From: a bacterium
GTDB lineage: Bacteria; Electryoneota; JAOADG01
Length of the DNA stretch: 64,000 nt
Reading direction: 5' to 3'
Assembly: GCA_026417415.1 (NCBI GenBank)
Contig: JAOADG010000024.1
Coordinates: forward strand, 11,678 to 75,677
Positions 47,825 through 57,001 of this stretch are shown in pieces (positions within the stretch are counted from its first letter, which is position 1; each line of letters opens with the position of its first letter). The translations under genes were made by a program, and so were the position numbers. Below the pieces are notes generated by a model. The model had not been told where the DNA came from and did not search any database. It was given only the letters and a program-made list of their open reading frames with translations.

Positions 47825-48298
47825 ATTCAATGCTCCTCAACCAGGTTTGAAATCTAAAACACTTTCATTTGTTAAAAATAGATTTGAAATTGAGTAATTT
47901 TGGGCTAAAATTTCGTATTTTTTCTTATCAAAGGCCTCTATCCGATCATTAATTATTCCTCGATGGGTAAATGTGAAAATGGTAGGAACTACGCTTATGT
48001 TGTAAGCATTTGAATAGTGATATCCATCACTTTCATTGATGCTTGGAAAATTAAGCCGAAATTCGCGTTCAAAGGTAACCTTTTTCTCCAATTGCGGATT
48101 TTGACAAATTCCTAATACAGGGACGCCATTGAGAAAAAAGCGATTGATGAATGGGGCTGCATATTGACAAGTGGGGCAACTTACTTTATAGAAAAAGATC
48201 AATAGCCCTTTTTCAAGCTGTTCGGTACGATAGAACTTTTTTGATTTCTCAATGAGTTCTGAAAACAGTGGTCCTTCATCACCAATTTGTATATTCAT
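47816..48298 (-). CDS. Thioredoxin-fold (AhpC/TSA/TlpA-like) redox protein, probable selenoprotein with a C-terminal KPG-U-G
   Basis: FYKVSCPTCQ and VVPT. The ORF track stops at TGA 47837-47839, but the frame continues GGA GCA TTG AAT AAG CGA TAG. The CDS is well supported; Sec recoding is inferred. Confidence 0.75.
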
Positions 48299-48579
48299 AA
48301 CGACCTAAGTAAACTAAACTATACAGAATGATTATTTAACAAATAAATATACGATTTTTTCTAAAATAATGCAAAGAAAAACAGACAATACTATTCTTAA
48401 ATTAGAAAACATTGTCACTTTAGATAAAACAGGAATTTGAAAAAAGCTTTCAGTTTTGTGGAATTCGTATTTTTCTATGTACCATTTTCCGTTAAGGTTG
48501 AAATAACATTTTCAAATTTTCAATGGTTTAAACAATAGTTTCAAGAACAATCCATCTGCATAAAACCACGGAGTAAATC

Positions 48580-49533
48580 ATGTCAAAATCACTCAATGAA
48601 CGTTACGTAGTCATTCTTGGTTCCGGTCCTGCAGGTTTGACTGCTGCATTGTACACTGCAAGAGCCAATTTAAAACCATTGGTTTTTGAGGGTCCACAAC
48701 CGGGTGGTCAACTTACGATCACAACAGATGTTGAAAATTTTCCCGGTTTTGAGCATGGGATATTAGGACCTGAACTTATGGATACCATGCACAGACAAGC
48801 TGAACGCTTTGGGGCTGAATTCATCATGGATGAAGTGATTGATCTGGATATTGAACACGGTTTCCCGTTTACTGTAAGGACAAGAGAATTTGAAGTGAAA
48901 ACCCAATCTTTAATCATCGCTACTGGGGCATCTGCCAAATTACTTGGAATACCATCAGAAAAAGAGCTAATGGGGTATGGGGTTAGCGCCTGTGCAACCT
49001 GCGACGGTTTTTTCTTTAGAGATAAAGAGATTGCTGTGGTCGGTGGGGGTGATACTGCGATGGAAGAAGCAATATTTTTAACCAAATTTGCCTCCAAAGT
49101 GACGATAATTCATAGGCGAGAGGTTTTTCGTGCTTCAAAAGTAATGTTAGAGCGTGCCAGAAATAATCCTAAAATCCAATGGTTGCTCAATTATACCATT
49201 GAAGAAATTTTAGGTACTAAAGAAAAAGGGGTACACGGGGTGATTCTGAAGAATACTAAAGACCATTCTACTATAGAGTACCCAATTCAAGGGCTATTCA
49301 TTGGAATAGGGCACCAGCCAAACACGTCATTATTCAATGGAAAACTACCGATGGACGAAAACGGTTATTTAAAAGTTCAACCGTTTAGTACCCGTACTGT
49401 TATCCAAGGGGTATATGCTGCAGGAGATGTGGCGGATCACGTGTACCGTCAGGCGGTTACTGCTGCCGGGACTGGATGTATGGCTGCTATTGATTGTGAA
49501 AGAGATTTAGCAGCAAGAGGAATCCCTGAATAA
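48580..49533 (+). CDS. trxB: Thioredoxin reductase
   Basis: Motifs GSGPAG, GGQL, SACATCDG, GGGDTA, HRR, AAGDV and QAVTAAG. Confidence 0.97.
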   Translation: MSKSLNERYVVILGSGPAGLTAALYTARANLKPLVFEGPQPGGQLTITTDVENFPGFEHGILGPELMDTMHRQAERFGAEFIMDEVIDLDIEHGFPFTVRTREFEVKTQSLIIATGASAKLLGIPSEKELMGYGVSACATCDGFFFRDKEIAVVGGGDTAMEEAIFLTKFASKVTIIHRREVFRASKVMLERARNNPKIQWLLNYTIEEILGTKEKGVHGVILKNTKDHSTIEYPIQGLFIGIGHQPNTSLFNGKLPMDENGYLKVQPFSTRTVIQGVYAAGDVADHVYRQAVTAAGTGCMAAIDCERDLAARGIPE

Positions 49534-49535
49534 AA

Positions 49536-50096
49536 ATGATTTTGGAAAAACCTAACGAAGGTCATTCTGAATCTGTCCCTCGAAATTGGATTCAGGAACA
49601 ATTTGATCAAGACCCTTTGATACAAGATGAAATTGAAATAGAAGGGGTTGCTAAAGATGAATATGAATCCATTGAAGATCCCTTTCATACGTTCGCCTTT
49701 GAAACCAAAAGTATCGCTAAGGAAAGATTGGCTGAAGAACTTGCACCGTGGTTGACTCAGCCCATTCCTCAAGATGGCTATTTCCCGACCATTCCAATAG
49801 AAGAGATAAAAGAAAACGTACCTATTTCTTTGATGGTTTTCAATCGAAGGGTAGTGATTGTAAAATATGAACATTCAAAAATTGTTGTATTTGATGATGT
49901 TTGTCCTCATGCTGGTGCAATCTTAAGCAACGGTATCGTTGAAAAAAATACAATCACTTGTATATGGCACGGATGGGTATTTCAGTTAGATGACGGTTCA
50001 ACAGAAAACCACAAAATCGCAAGATTAAAAATTTATCCTTACGAGATTAGAAACGGAATTTTGTTTATCGGACTTTTGCTAAATTCTCAAAGTTAA
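49536..50096 (+). CDS. Rieske [2Fe-2S] domain protein with an acidic N-terminal extension
   Basis: CPH...CIWHGWVF. Confidence 0.88.
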   Translation: MILEKPNEGHSESVPRNWIQEQFDQDPLIQDEIEIEGVAKDEYESIEDPFHTFAFETKSIAKERLAEELAPWLTQPIPQDGYFPTIPIEEIKENVPISLMVFNRRVVIVKYEHSKIVVFDDVCPHAGAILSNGIVEKNTITCIWHGWVFQLDDGSTENHKIARLKIYPYEIRNGILFIGLLLNSQS

Positions 50097-50109
50097 AAGG
50101 GGGTTGTGA

Positions 50110-50745
50110 ATGAATATTCTTCATGAAAACATTGCAGAATACTTATTAAGTTTACATGAAAGCCAGTTTAGTAATCCAGTATTAAAAGAAATGGAGGACT
50201 TAGCAAAAGAAAAGAAATTTCCTATCATCGGACCGATCGTTGGAAATTTATTGTCTATCTGTGCCAAAATGGTCCAAGCCCGAAAAATTCTTGAATTGGG
50301 AAGCGGTTACGGTTATTCTGCTTTTTGGTTTGCTTTAGCCATTGGAAAAAATGGTGAAATCCTTTGTACGGATGGTGAAGAAAAAAATAAAGAACTGGCG
50401 TTTCATTTTTTTCAAAAGGGAAAAATTGAAACCAAAATTGAGTACCGAATTGGAGATGCACTAACAATTGCAAAAAACCTAAAAGAAAAATTTGATTTGA
50501 TTTTTTGTGATATAGACAAACAAGAGTACCATCTTGTGATTGATCTCGCTAATGATTTACTTGATACTGGAGGGCTTTTAATATTTGATAATGCACTTTG
50601 GTCGGGAAAAGTGTTAGATGAATCGGCAAATGATGAGGCAACCCAAGGTGTAAAATTGCTCAATCAAACCATCTTTTCCGATACTCGTTTTCAATCTACC
50701 ATTGTACCGATTCGAGATGGTGTACTGATCGCAAGAAAGAATTAA
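50110..50745 (+). CDS. O-methyltransferase (cation-dependent, Methyltransf_3 type)
   Basis: Motifs ILELGSGYGYSA, FDLIFCDIDK, DNALWSG and PIRDG. Confidence 0.93.
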   Translation: MNILHENIAEYLLSLHESQFSNPVLKEMEDLAKEKKFPIIGPIVGNLLSICAKMVQARKILELGSGYGYSAFWFALAIGKNGEILCTDGEEKNKELAFHFFQKGKIETKIEYRIGDALTIAKNLKEKFDLIFCDIDKQEYHLVIDLANDLLDTGGLLIFDNALWSGKVLDESANDEATQGVKLLNQTIFSDTRFQSTIVPIRDGVLIARKN

Positions 50746-51308
50746 TTCAATATCGGTGTGGGGGGATAGAAAGCCAAAGCGAAGTACTCACCTCCTAATG
50801 TTTTAAGTAATATCCGCCACAAATCTTCTGCAGGAAGATCAAACAATTGGGAAAGATTGCAACGGATAAGAATCCAACCTCCAACCTCAATCTCTTTCAA
50901 CAATTGTTTTTTACTCCAACCTGCATAACCTGCACAGAAGCGAATGTCATTTAGGGTCGCCTGCTGGGTTTGGAGGTATTCTGCAAATTCTTCCAATTCA
51001 CCGCCCCAATACAATTTCTCTTTGACCAATTTGGATCCTGATATTTTTGGTCCTATCCGATGGAGGATATGTAAAGAATCTCGGCGTACAGGACCCCCTT
51101 CATAGAGAATTCCTTCAATAGGTGTACCTTCTAAAACTTCAGATAACGTATGATCTAAAGGTCGGTTGAGAATTAATCCATATGCTCCTTCATCATTGAA
51201 TTCGCAGAGCAACACCACTGTACGATAAAAATGAGGGTCTTCAATTATGGGATGTGCAATTAAAACACAACCATTTTCCGGATGTTCAATTTGTGTTACA
51301 CGAATCAT
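50742..51308 (-). CDS. YqgE/AlgH family protein
   Basis: Motifs FYRTVVLL, GLILNRP, GGPV and GYAGW..QL..E. Confidence 0.93.
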   Translation of the reverse strand: MIRVTQIEHPENGCVLIAHPIIEDPHFYRTVVLLCEFNDEGAYGLILNRPLDHTLSEVLEGTPIEGILYEGGPVRRDSLHILHRIGPKISGSKLVKEKLYWGGELEEFAEYLQTQQATLNDIRFCAGYAGWSKKQLLKEIEVGGWILIRCNLSQLFDLPAEDLWRILLKTLGGEYFALAFYPPTPILN

Positions 51309-51365
51309 ACTTGGCTAAGAACCTCAAAAAGAATAAATTGAAAAAACCAAGACGACGGTTCCCAG

Positions 51366-53234
51366 ATGCTACCTCATTCTTTTATACGAAATTTACAAAA
51401 AACTTTTCATTTTTCCTTGTGTAGAAAAATAATCATCATTCTTTTAGCAAGTGCTGCTCCCTATCACATTTTTGCTCAAGGTGCTACCATTCCTATTTCT
51501 TCATCAATCTATCCATTTTTAGAAAGATTAGAAACATTCCAAACTGCAAAAAAAACTCTACCATCTCACCGTCCTTTGACCCGAATAGAAGCAGCGCAAT
51601 TTTTATTATCCGTGGATACCACTCAACTAACGCCAATTGATAAACAGAAGTTCGCTCAATTTCTCAATGAACTGCATTTTGAAGTGAACCAATCATTTTC
51701 CAAAAAACACAGTAAAAAAACAAGTTGGACAAAAAAGAAACTATTTTTTTGGTTGCCTAAAGGGATTTATGAATCGCACAATGATTTTTTTCACTTCAAA
51801 AAGCAAGAATTTGCTATAAGAATAAATCCGAGAATACGAATGGACTATACAAAAAGTCCGTCCAAAGATTGGAATCGTCAACAAAGGATAGGGTTAGGAT
51901 GGTCGTTCCAAAGTCAATGGAACGAAATAGGTGTAAGCTTTCGTTACTTAGATCATATGGATAAGGTTCCCTCTAAAAATGCGATGACTTTTCGTGAATG
52001 GAGAATCTTCGGAAATTCAGATATAGCATTCCAAGGTGAATCAGAAAGTTATCTCACACGTAATCCACAAGATTGGACTAAAGAAAAAACAAGTGAAGAA
52101 TACATAGTATCTACAGCATCTTTATCCTACACATGGAAAACACTCAATTTTTTAATAGGGCGAGAAACAGTAGGTTGGGGACCGGGTGTACGACAAAAAT
52201 TGATGTTAGGACAGCAAATTTCCCCTATTGACCAACTCCGTTTGGATTTTCAATTACTTGATAATCTGCGTTTTGTTTACTTACATGGTTGGTTGCTCAA
52301 CGATCCACCCGTTACCGATACAATGGACTTCCCTGAGGATGCAAAGCCGAGAGTACTTGATAGACAAAGATATGTGGCTGCACATCGCTTGGAATGGAGA
52401 ATGAAGAAATGGATAACAATCGGATTATCCGAATCGGTAATCTATGGGGATCGCGCACCAGAATTACCTTATTTAATCCCAATAAACCTTTTCTATGCTA
52501 CTGAGCATAATCGAAGAGATAACGATAACAAATCTTTAGCAGTAGATGTGAAATTTCAAGCCATTCCAAAACAATGGTTGTATGGTGGAATATGGATAGA
52601 CGATCTAACAACGGGAAAACTGGGTACGGGCTTTATTCAAAATAAATTCGGTTACCTTGTAGGTTCAATACTGTATGATCCACTAACCTTGAAAAATTCA
52701 CGTTTTGTATTTGAATATGCACGGATGGATCCCTTTGCTGGGTCGCATTTTTATCAAATTAATCGTTATGAACATTGGGGGAAACCGCTTGGATTGGATT
52801 TGCTTCCTCATTCTGATCAATGGTCCCTTTTAGCAGAATGGGAACCTTTTTCAGATTGGAAAATCTATCTCGAATCGACAACAACCAGACACATTGATTC
52901 TACAATACTAGGCGATCTAACCTTAGCATCTGGTAGTTTATTTTCACATTACCCACCGGCTGCATATCATAGTTCACTTCAATTCGGGAATGGTAGAGGG
53001 CGGAATGTTCACGATTTGCAAGCGACTATTTCGTACGAACTTTTTGAACATTGTTTCATAATGGTGAAATGGAGACAAAAAAGGATAGGCGTGTTCAATA
53101 CACAAAATAGCGGATCCATATCCAATCAAAAACACAATTCCTATTTACCCGGTCTATTTGATTGGTCAAATAAACACTATTCACAAACTTATAGTCAATG
53201 GGTCCTATCGTTCTTGTTCAATTTTGACCGTTGA
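51366..53234 (+). CDS. Capsule assembly Wzi-like outer-membrane protein
   Basis: YPFLERL...RPLTR N-domain, GRE...WGPG, AAHRLE, ESVIYG, YLIP, DN; beta-barrel character. Confidence 0.75.
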   Translation: MLPHSFIRNLQKTFHFSLCRKIIIILLASAAPYHIFAQGATIPISSSIYPFLERLETFQTAKKTLPSHRPLTRIEAAQFLLSVDTTQLTPIDKQKFAQFLNELHFEVNQSFSKKHSKKTSWTKKKLFFWLPKGIYESHNDFFHFKKQEFAIRINPRIRMDYTKSPSKDWNRQQRIGLGWSFQSQWNEIGVSFRYLDHMDKVPSKNAMTFREWRIFGNSDIAFQGESESYLTRNPQDWTKEKTSEEYIVSTASLSYTWKTLNFLIGRETVGWGPGVRQKLMLGQQISPIDQLRLDFQLLDNLRFVYLHGWLLNDPPVTDTMDFPEDAKPRVLDRQRYVAAHRLEWRMKKWITIGLSESVIYGDRAPELPYLIPINLFYATEHNRRDNDNKSLAVDVKFQAIPKQWLYGGIWIDDLTTGKLGTGFIQNKFGYLVGSILYDPLTLKNSRFVFEYARMDPFAGSHFYQINRYEHWGKPLGLDLLPHSDQWSLLAEWEPFSDWKIYLESTTTRHIDSTILGDLTLASGSLFSHYPPAAYHSSLQFGNGRGRNVHDLQATISYELFEHCFIMVKWRQKRIGVFNTQNSGSISNQKHNSYLPGLFDWSNKHYSQTYSQWVLSFLFNFDR

Positions 53235-53902
53235 GTTTGATTTGTGTCTGATTGATGAGCACTTGGACAATAATTAGAAAGAAAGCAACCTTTGCAATTA
53301 GGTTTTCTTGCAGTACAAACATTTCTTCCATGGTGTATCAATTGATGTGATAACGGTATCCAAAGTTCACGGGGAACCCAATTCATTAACTCTTTTTCAA
53401 TTCGATCAGCGGTTTTAGAGGCTACGAATTGTAATCGTTGAGATAAACGACTCACATGGGTATCTACAACAATCCCTTCGGCTTTACCAAAAGCAGCCCC
53501 TAAAACTACAGATGCAGTTTTTCGGCCTACTCCACTTAAGGTTAATAATTCTTCCATACTAGATGGAACTTGACCATCAAATCGTTCAAGCAATTGTTGA
53601 CTCATTTGATGAATCATTTTCGCTTTGTTAACAAAAAAACCAGTCGGTTTGATGATGGTTTGTAAAGTTGGTAATGGCAATGATACCATCGCTTGAGGTG
53701 TTGGAGCGACTGCAAAAAGTTTTGGTGTTACTTTGTTGACCATTCCATCGGTACACTGGGCAGATAAAATGGTAGCGACCAACAACTGAAAAGCATTTTG
53801 ATGATACAATGCGCATTGAGCAGTGGGATAATTTTCTGATAGCAACCTTAAAATGGTATGACGGCGTTTTAATTCTTTTGTATATTTTGAAGAAGCAGTC
53901 AT
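53195..53902 (-). CDS. nth: Endonuclease III
   Basis: LSAQCTD, HhH motif GVGRKTA, VDTHV.R, 4Fe-4S motif CTARKPNCKGC.....C; start placed at the ATG at 53902. Confidence 0.96.
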   Translation of the reverse strand: MTASSKYTKELKRRHTILRLLSENYPTAQCALYHQNAFQLLVATILSAQCTDGMVNKVTPKLFAVAPTPQAMVSLPLPTLQTIIKPTGFFVNKAKMIHQMSQQLLERFDGQVPSSMEELLTLSGVGRKTASVVLGAAFGKAEGIVVDTHVSRLSQRLQFVASKTADRIEKELMNWVPRELWIPLSHQLIHHGRNVCTARKPNCKGCFLSNYCPSAHQSDTNQTQRSKLNKNDRTH

Positions 53903-53932
53903 TTTTTGTCTAACATTAAAATTGAGGTCGCG

Positions 53933-54826
53933 ATGTTCCGAACCATCCTTTTGCCTACAGATTTTTCTGAGCCATCGGCACGTGCTGCAAAATATGCTGC
54001 TGCCATTGCCATCAATGCAAGAGCAAATATACACGTGATTTCTATTGTAGAATCCAGAGCATTTGAAGAGGATCTAAAACCTTTACTCAAACAGTTCATC
54101 CATGATGCTGTTGATGAAACGTTATCTATTTTAGGAATACGAGAAAAACCTCATATCCAATTTGAATATACTACAATGGTAAACCAGTCACCTGCAAATG
54201 CAATTTTAGAAGCATCGCAAAAATATCAAGCGGATCTCATTGTAATGGGAACCCATAGTAGAACAGGAATACCTGCCTTGTTATTGGGTTCGGTAACAGA
54301 AAAAGTAATGCGTGGAACCACGGTTCCGTTAGTCGCTGTGGGAAGAGGTGAAAATCAACTTGAGAAATTTCATCAATTACCAAAAAAAATATTGGCCGCA
54401 ATAGATTTTTCAGAAGCATCCAAATTGGCTTTACAACAAGCGGTCCTTTTATCTCGCTTGTGGAATAGTACATTGCATATTTTGCATGTAATTGAAATGA
54501 CCATTAGTGTCCCTTATCCACCTGTAAGCATAGGGCCGGTTATCTCCACTGAACCTGAAATCGTTGAAAATACTAGACAAGCATTGGAGGCATTGGTCAG
54601 GGAATATGTTCCCGAAGGTATTCCCAATCAAGTCGTGATATTGGAAGGAGAACCTTGTCATCGCTTGTGTGTGTATTCTAAAGAAAAAGAAATTGAACTG
54701 ATCGTCATTGGAACACAAGGGCATTCTAAATTAGAGCGATGGCTACTAGGTTCAACGTGTGAAAAGTTACTAAAAAATGTAGAAATCCCTATTTGGATAC
54801 ATCCTCATCCAAATCGAATCAAATAG
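53933..54826 (+). CDS. Universal stress protein (tandem USP domains)
   Basis: ILLPTDFS...DLIVMGTH...LLGSVTEKV occurs twice; GAGG RBS before the ATG at 53933. Confidence 0.95.
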   Translation: MFRTILLPTDFSEPSARAAKYAAAIAINARANIHVISIVESRAFEEDLKPLLKQFIHDAVDETLSILGIREKPHIQFEYTTMVNQSPANAILEASQKYQADLIVMGTHSRTGIPALLLGSVTEKVMRGTTVPLVAVGRGENQLEKFHQLPKKILAAIDFSEASKLALQQAVLLSRLWNSTLHILHVIEMTISVPYPPVSIGPVISTEPEIVENTRQALEALVREYVPEGIPNQVVILEGEPCHRLCVYSKEKEIELIVIGTQGHSKLERWLLGSTCEKLLKNVEIPIWIHPHPNRIK

Positions 54827-55535
54827 CCCACCCACCTGATAATATCAGATTTGTTCCTGTACAATAATGGGACTCATTTGAAAGTAAAAAACGTAAGGCA
54901 CCTAATAGATCATCGGGAGTACCTTTTCTCTGTAAAGGTATCTGTTCTGTAAAAAGATCATTTTCTTCATAAGTAAAAATTCCTGGTGAGATCATATTGA
55001 CTCGTACACCAAATTTTGCTTCGCTCCGAGCGAGAGTACGCATCAAGATCACCAATGCACTTTTAGAAGCGCTATACGGTAAAGTATGGATTTGACTATG
55101 AAATTGTTCATTATGAGCAACACCAAAAAAAATGAGTGTACCTTGTGTTTGACGAAGAAATGGAAGTGTTACTTGTGAAAGGTAATAATTTGCATAAAAA
55201 TTGGTGGCAAACATTAGTTCAATTTCTTGAGGTTGATAGGATAATGGCTCTTTTTGTAAAAAATCCCCTTGTAAAGCAACCACAGCATCCAATTGTTGAA
55301 AAGTTTGGATGCAGGTCTCTACTGCACTTTTAACTTCATTCAATTCAGTAACATCGGCTTGAAATTTTTTGGTTTCTAAACCAAGGGATTTGCACTTTTC
55401 AAGAAATGTGTCTGCTGCTTCAGAATTCTGTTTATAAATGACAAAAACATTTCCAAAATTCAAATCGCCTAAAATTTTATAAATTGTTCTTCCTAATCCA
55501 CCAATACCAACCAATAAAATTGTTTTACGTTTCAT
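54819..55535 (-). CDS. SDR family oxidoreductase
   Basis: Motifs GIGGLG, YSASK, VRVNMISPG and TG..L..SGG. Confidence 0.92.
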   Translation of the reverse strand: MKRKTILLVGIGGLGRTIYKILGDLNFGNVFVIYKQNSEAADTFLEKCKSLGLETKKFQADVTELNEVKSAVETCIQTFQQLDAVVALQGDFLQKEPLSYQPQEIELMFATNFYANYYLSQVTLPFLRQTQGTLIFFGVAHNEQFHSQIHTLPYSASKSALVILMRTLARSEAKFGVRVNMISPGIFTYEENDLFTEQIPLQRKGTPDDLLGALRFLLSNESHYCTGTNLILSGGWAI

Positions 55536-55543
55536 TGTTCAAA

Positions 55544-56158
55544 CTAACTGATAAAAAAATCTGTTGTTGGTTCGGTCCATAACAGTACTCTACGAAATCC
55601 ATTTCGTTCTAAATAAACCGACTCGAGACGAAATGAATCCATGACTGTGAACAGGTGATTGCCATACCGCGCAGTTTTGCAAATGATTTTCCATTCTTCA
55701 TGGGTAGGAAAAAGAGGATAACGAAGGGATGGATGACCATTTCTAAAAGTGATTCGTCCTTCATCAATAATGGTAGCTACACCTACTTGAAACTGGGATT
55801 TACGTCGTAGTAATACTTCATAAGAACAATGATAAAAAATGGATTTCAATTCAGTCAAACGTAAGTGTGAAACCGACTGAAAATGACACTTAGGTAGAAT
55901 CAGTTCACTGGCAAGCAAGTTGGCCTCTTCTTCCTCTTGATTGGAAGGAAACGAGTTTTCATCGTGGTTAAGTAAAATGTGGGAAAGTTCATGACAAAAT
56001 GACCAATTTAAACGTTCATCATGATAATGTGCAGGTAAATGAATCCAATTGCCTACCTTATGAGGGACGGTATAGGAAAACCGAATAGAAACATGAACAT
56101 TGTATTCGTTACACAATCTCCGAATAAACGGAGTAGCACGTTCATCTACATCAATCAT
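55544..56158 (-). CDS. ImmA/IrrE family (M78) metallo-endopeptidase
   Basis: R.NWSFCHELSH and EEEANLLASELILP; the ATG at 56158 overlaps the upstream TGA (TGATG). Confidence 0.85.
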   Translation of the reverse strand: MIDVDERATPFIRRLCNEYNVHVSIRFSYTVPHKVGNWIHLPAHYHDERLNWSFCHELSHILLNHDENSFPSNQEEEEANLLASELILPKCHFQSVSHLRLTELKSIFYHCSYEVLLRRKSQFQVGVATIIDEGRITFRNGHPSLRYPLFPTHEEWKIICKTARYGNHLFTVMDSFRLESVYLERNGFRRVLLWTEPTTDFFIS

Positions 56159-56874
56159 CAAGTATATCCTAAAACTCTTCGAGTAAATTCTACAGCGGTA
56201 GGAATAATTAGTGAAGAGCGAGTAGAATGAAGGTGATGACGAACTCCATTTAAAATTTGCCATTCACCACCGCTTAATGAATCTGCCAATTTTTCTACTT
56301 CCGATGAGGTGATCCACTCATCTTGATCACCCGCTGTAACCAACACAGGAATTCGTACATCCAATAAATCGTCAACAGTTAAACCATTTTCTAAAACATC
56401 ATCAAAAAAAACCGAATTCATATGTAAGATTTCTATCCAACGATCACCAAATTGTTTCATCATGAATTCTTTTCGTCTTGGGCTTATAGTATCTACGGAA
56501 AGCTCATTGCGGAACTTATTGACATCTTTTTCGTTCCAGAAAAACTTTGTAGCGTGCATCCAGATCCCTTCAATGAAACCGGGATTCGTTCGCTCTATTT
56601 CTAAAGCAACGTATCCACCTAAACCATAACCCCATAGAACGACACGTTCTAATCCCAATGATTCTAATCGTTGGTAGGTATGTTCCACTAAATTGTGCAA
56701 ATGAAAAGAATCGGATTGAAAATCGCTACTTTGATACGGCCAATCAATCCCATTAGGTTGTAGTTGATAATGTTTAATGGACTCAAAGTGGGGTGACCAT
56801 TCCCCTTCTATCGTCCCGAGCAAATCAGGTAAAAGAACGACTGAATCTTGTGCTCGGCGCGATCCTGTTGGCAT
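56158..56874 (-). CDS. Alpha/beta hydrolase-fold protein lacking the catalytic Ser
   Basis: VVLWGYGLGGYVAL, IPVLVTAGDQD, GVRH; GGAG RBS. Confidence 0.8.
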   Translation of the reverse strand: MPTGSRRAQDSVVLLPDLLGTIEGEWSPHFESIKHYQLQPNGIDWPYQSSDFQSDSFHLHNLVEHTYQRLESLGLERVVLWGYGLGGYVALEIERTNPGFIEGIWMHATKFFWNEKDVNKFRNELSVDTISPRRKEFMMKQFGDRWIEILHMNSVFFDDVLENGLTVDDLLDVRIPVLVTAGDQDEWITSSEVEKLADSLSGGEWQILNGVRHHLHSTRSSLIIPTAVEFTRRVLGYT

Positions 56875-57001
56875 AAAAGAAATTCTCCTTCAAAATGGTG
56901 TTGTAAAATGAATTTAATCTTAGAAAATTACAAACAACATAGTATCTTCAATCGTCTAATTCTATTCGAATTGTATGGATTTTATAGAATGATATAACAG
57001 A

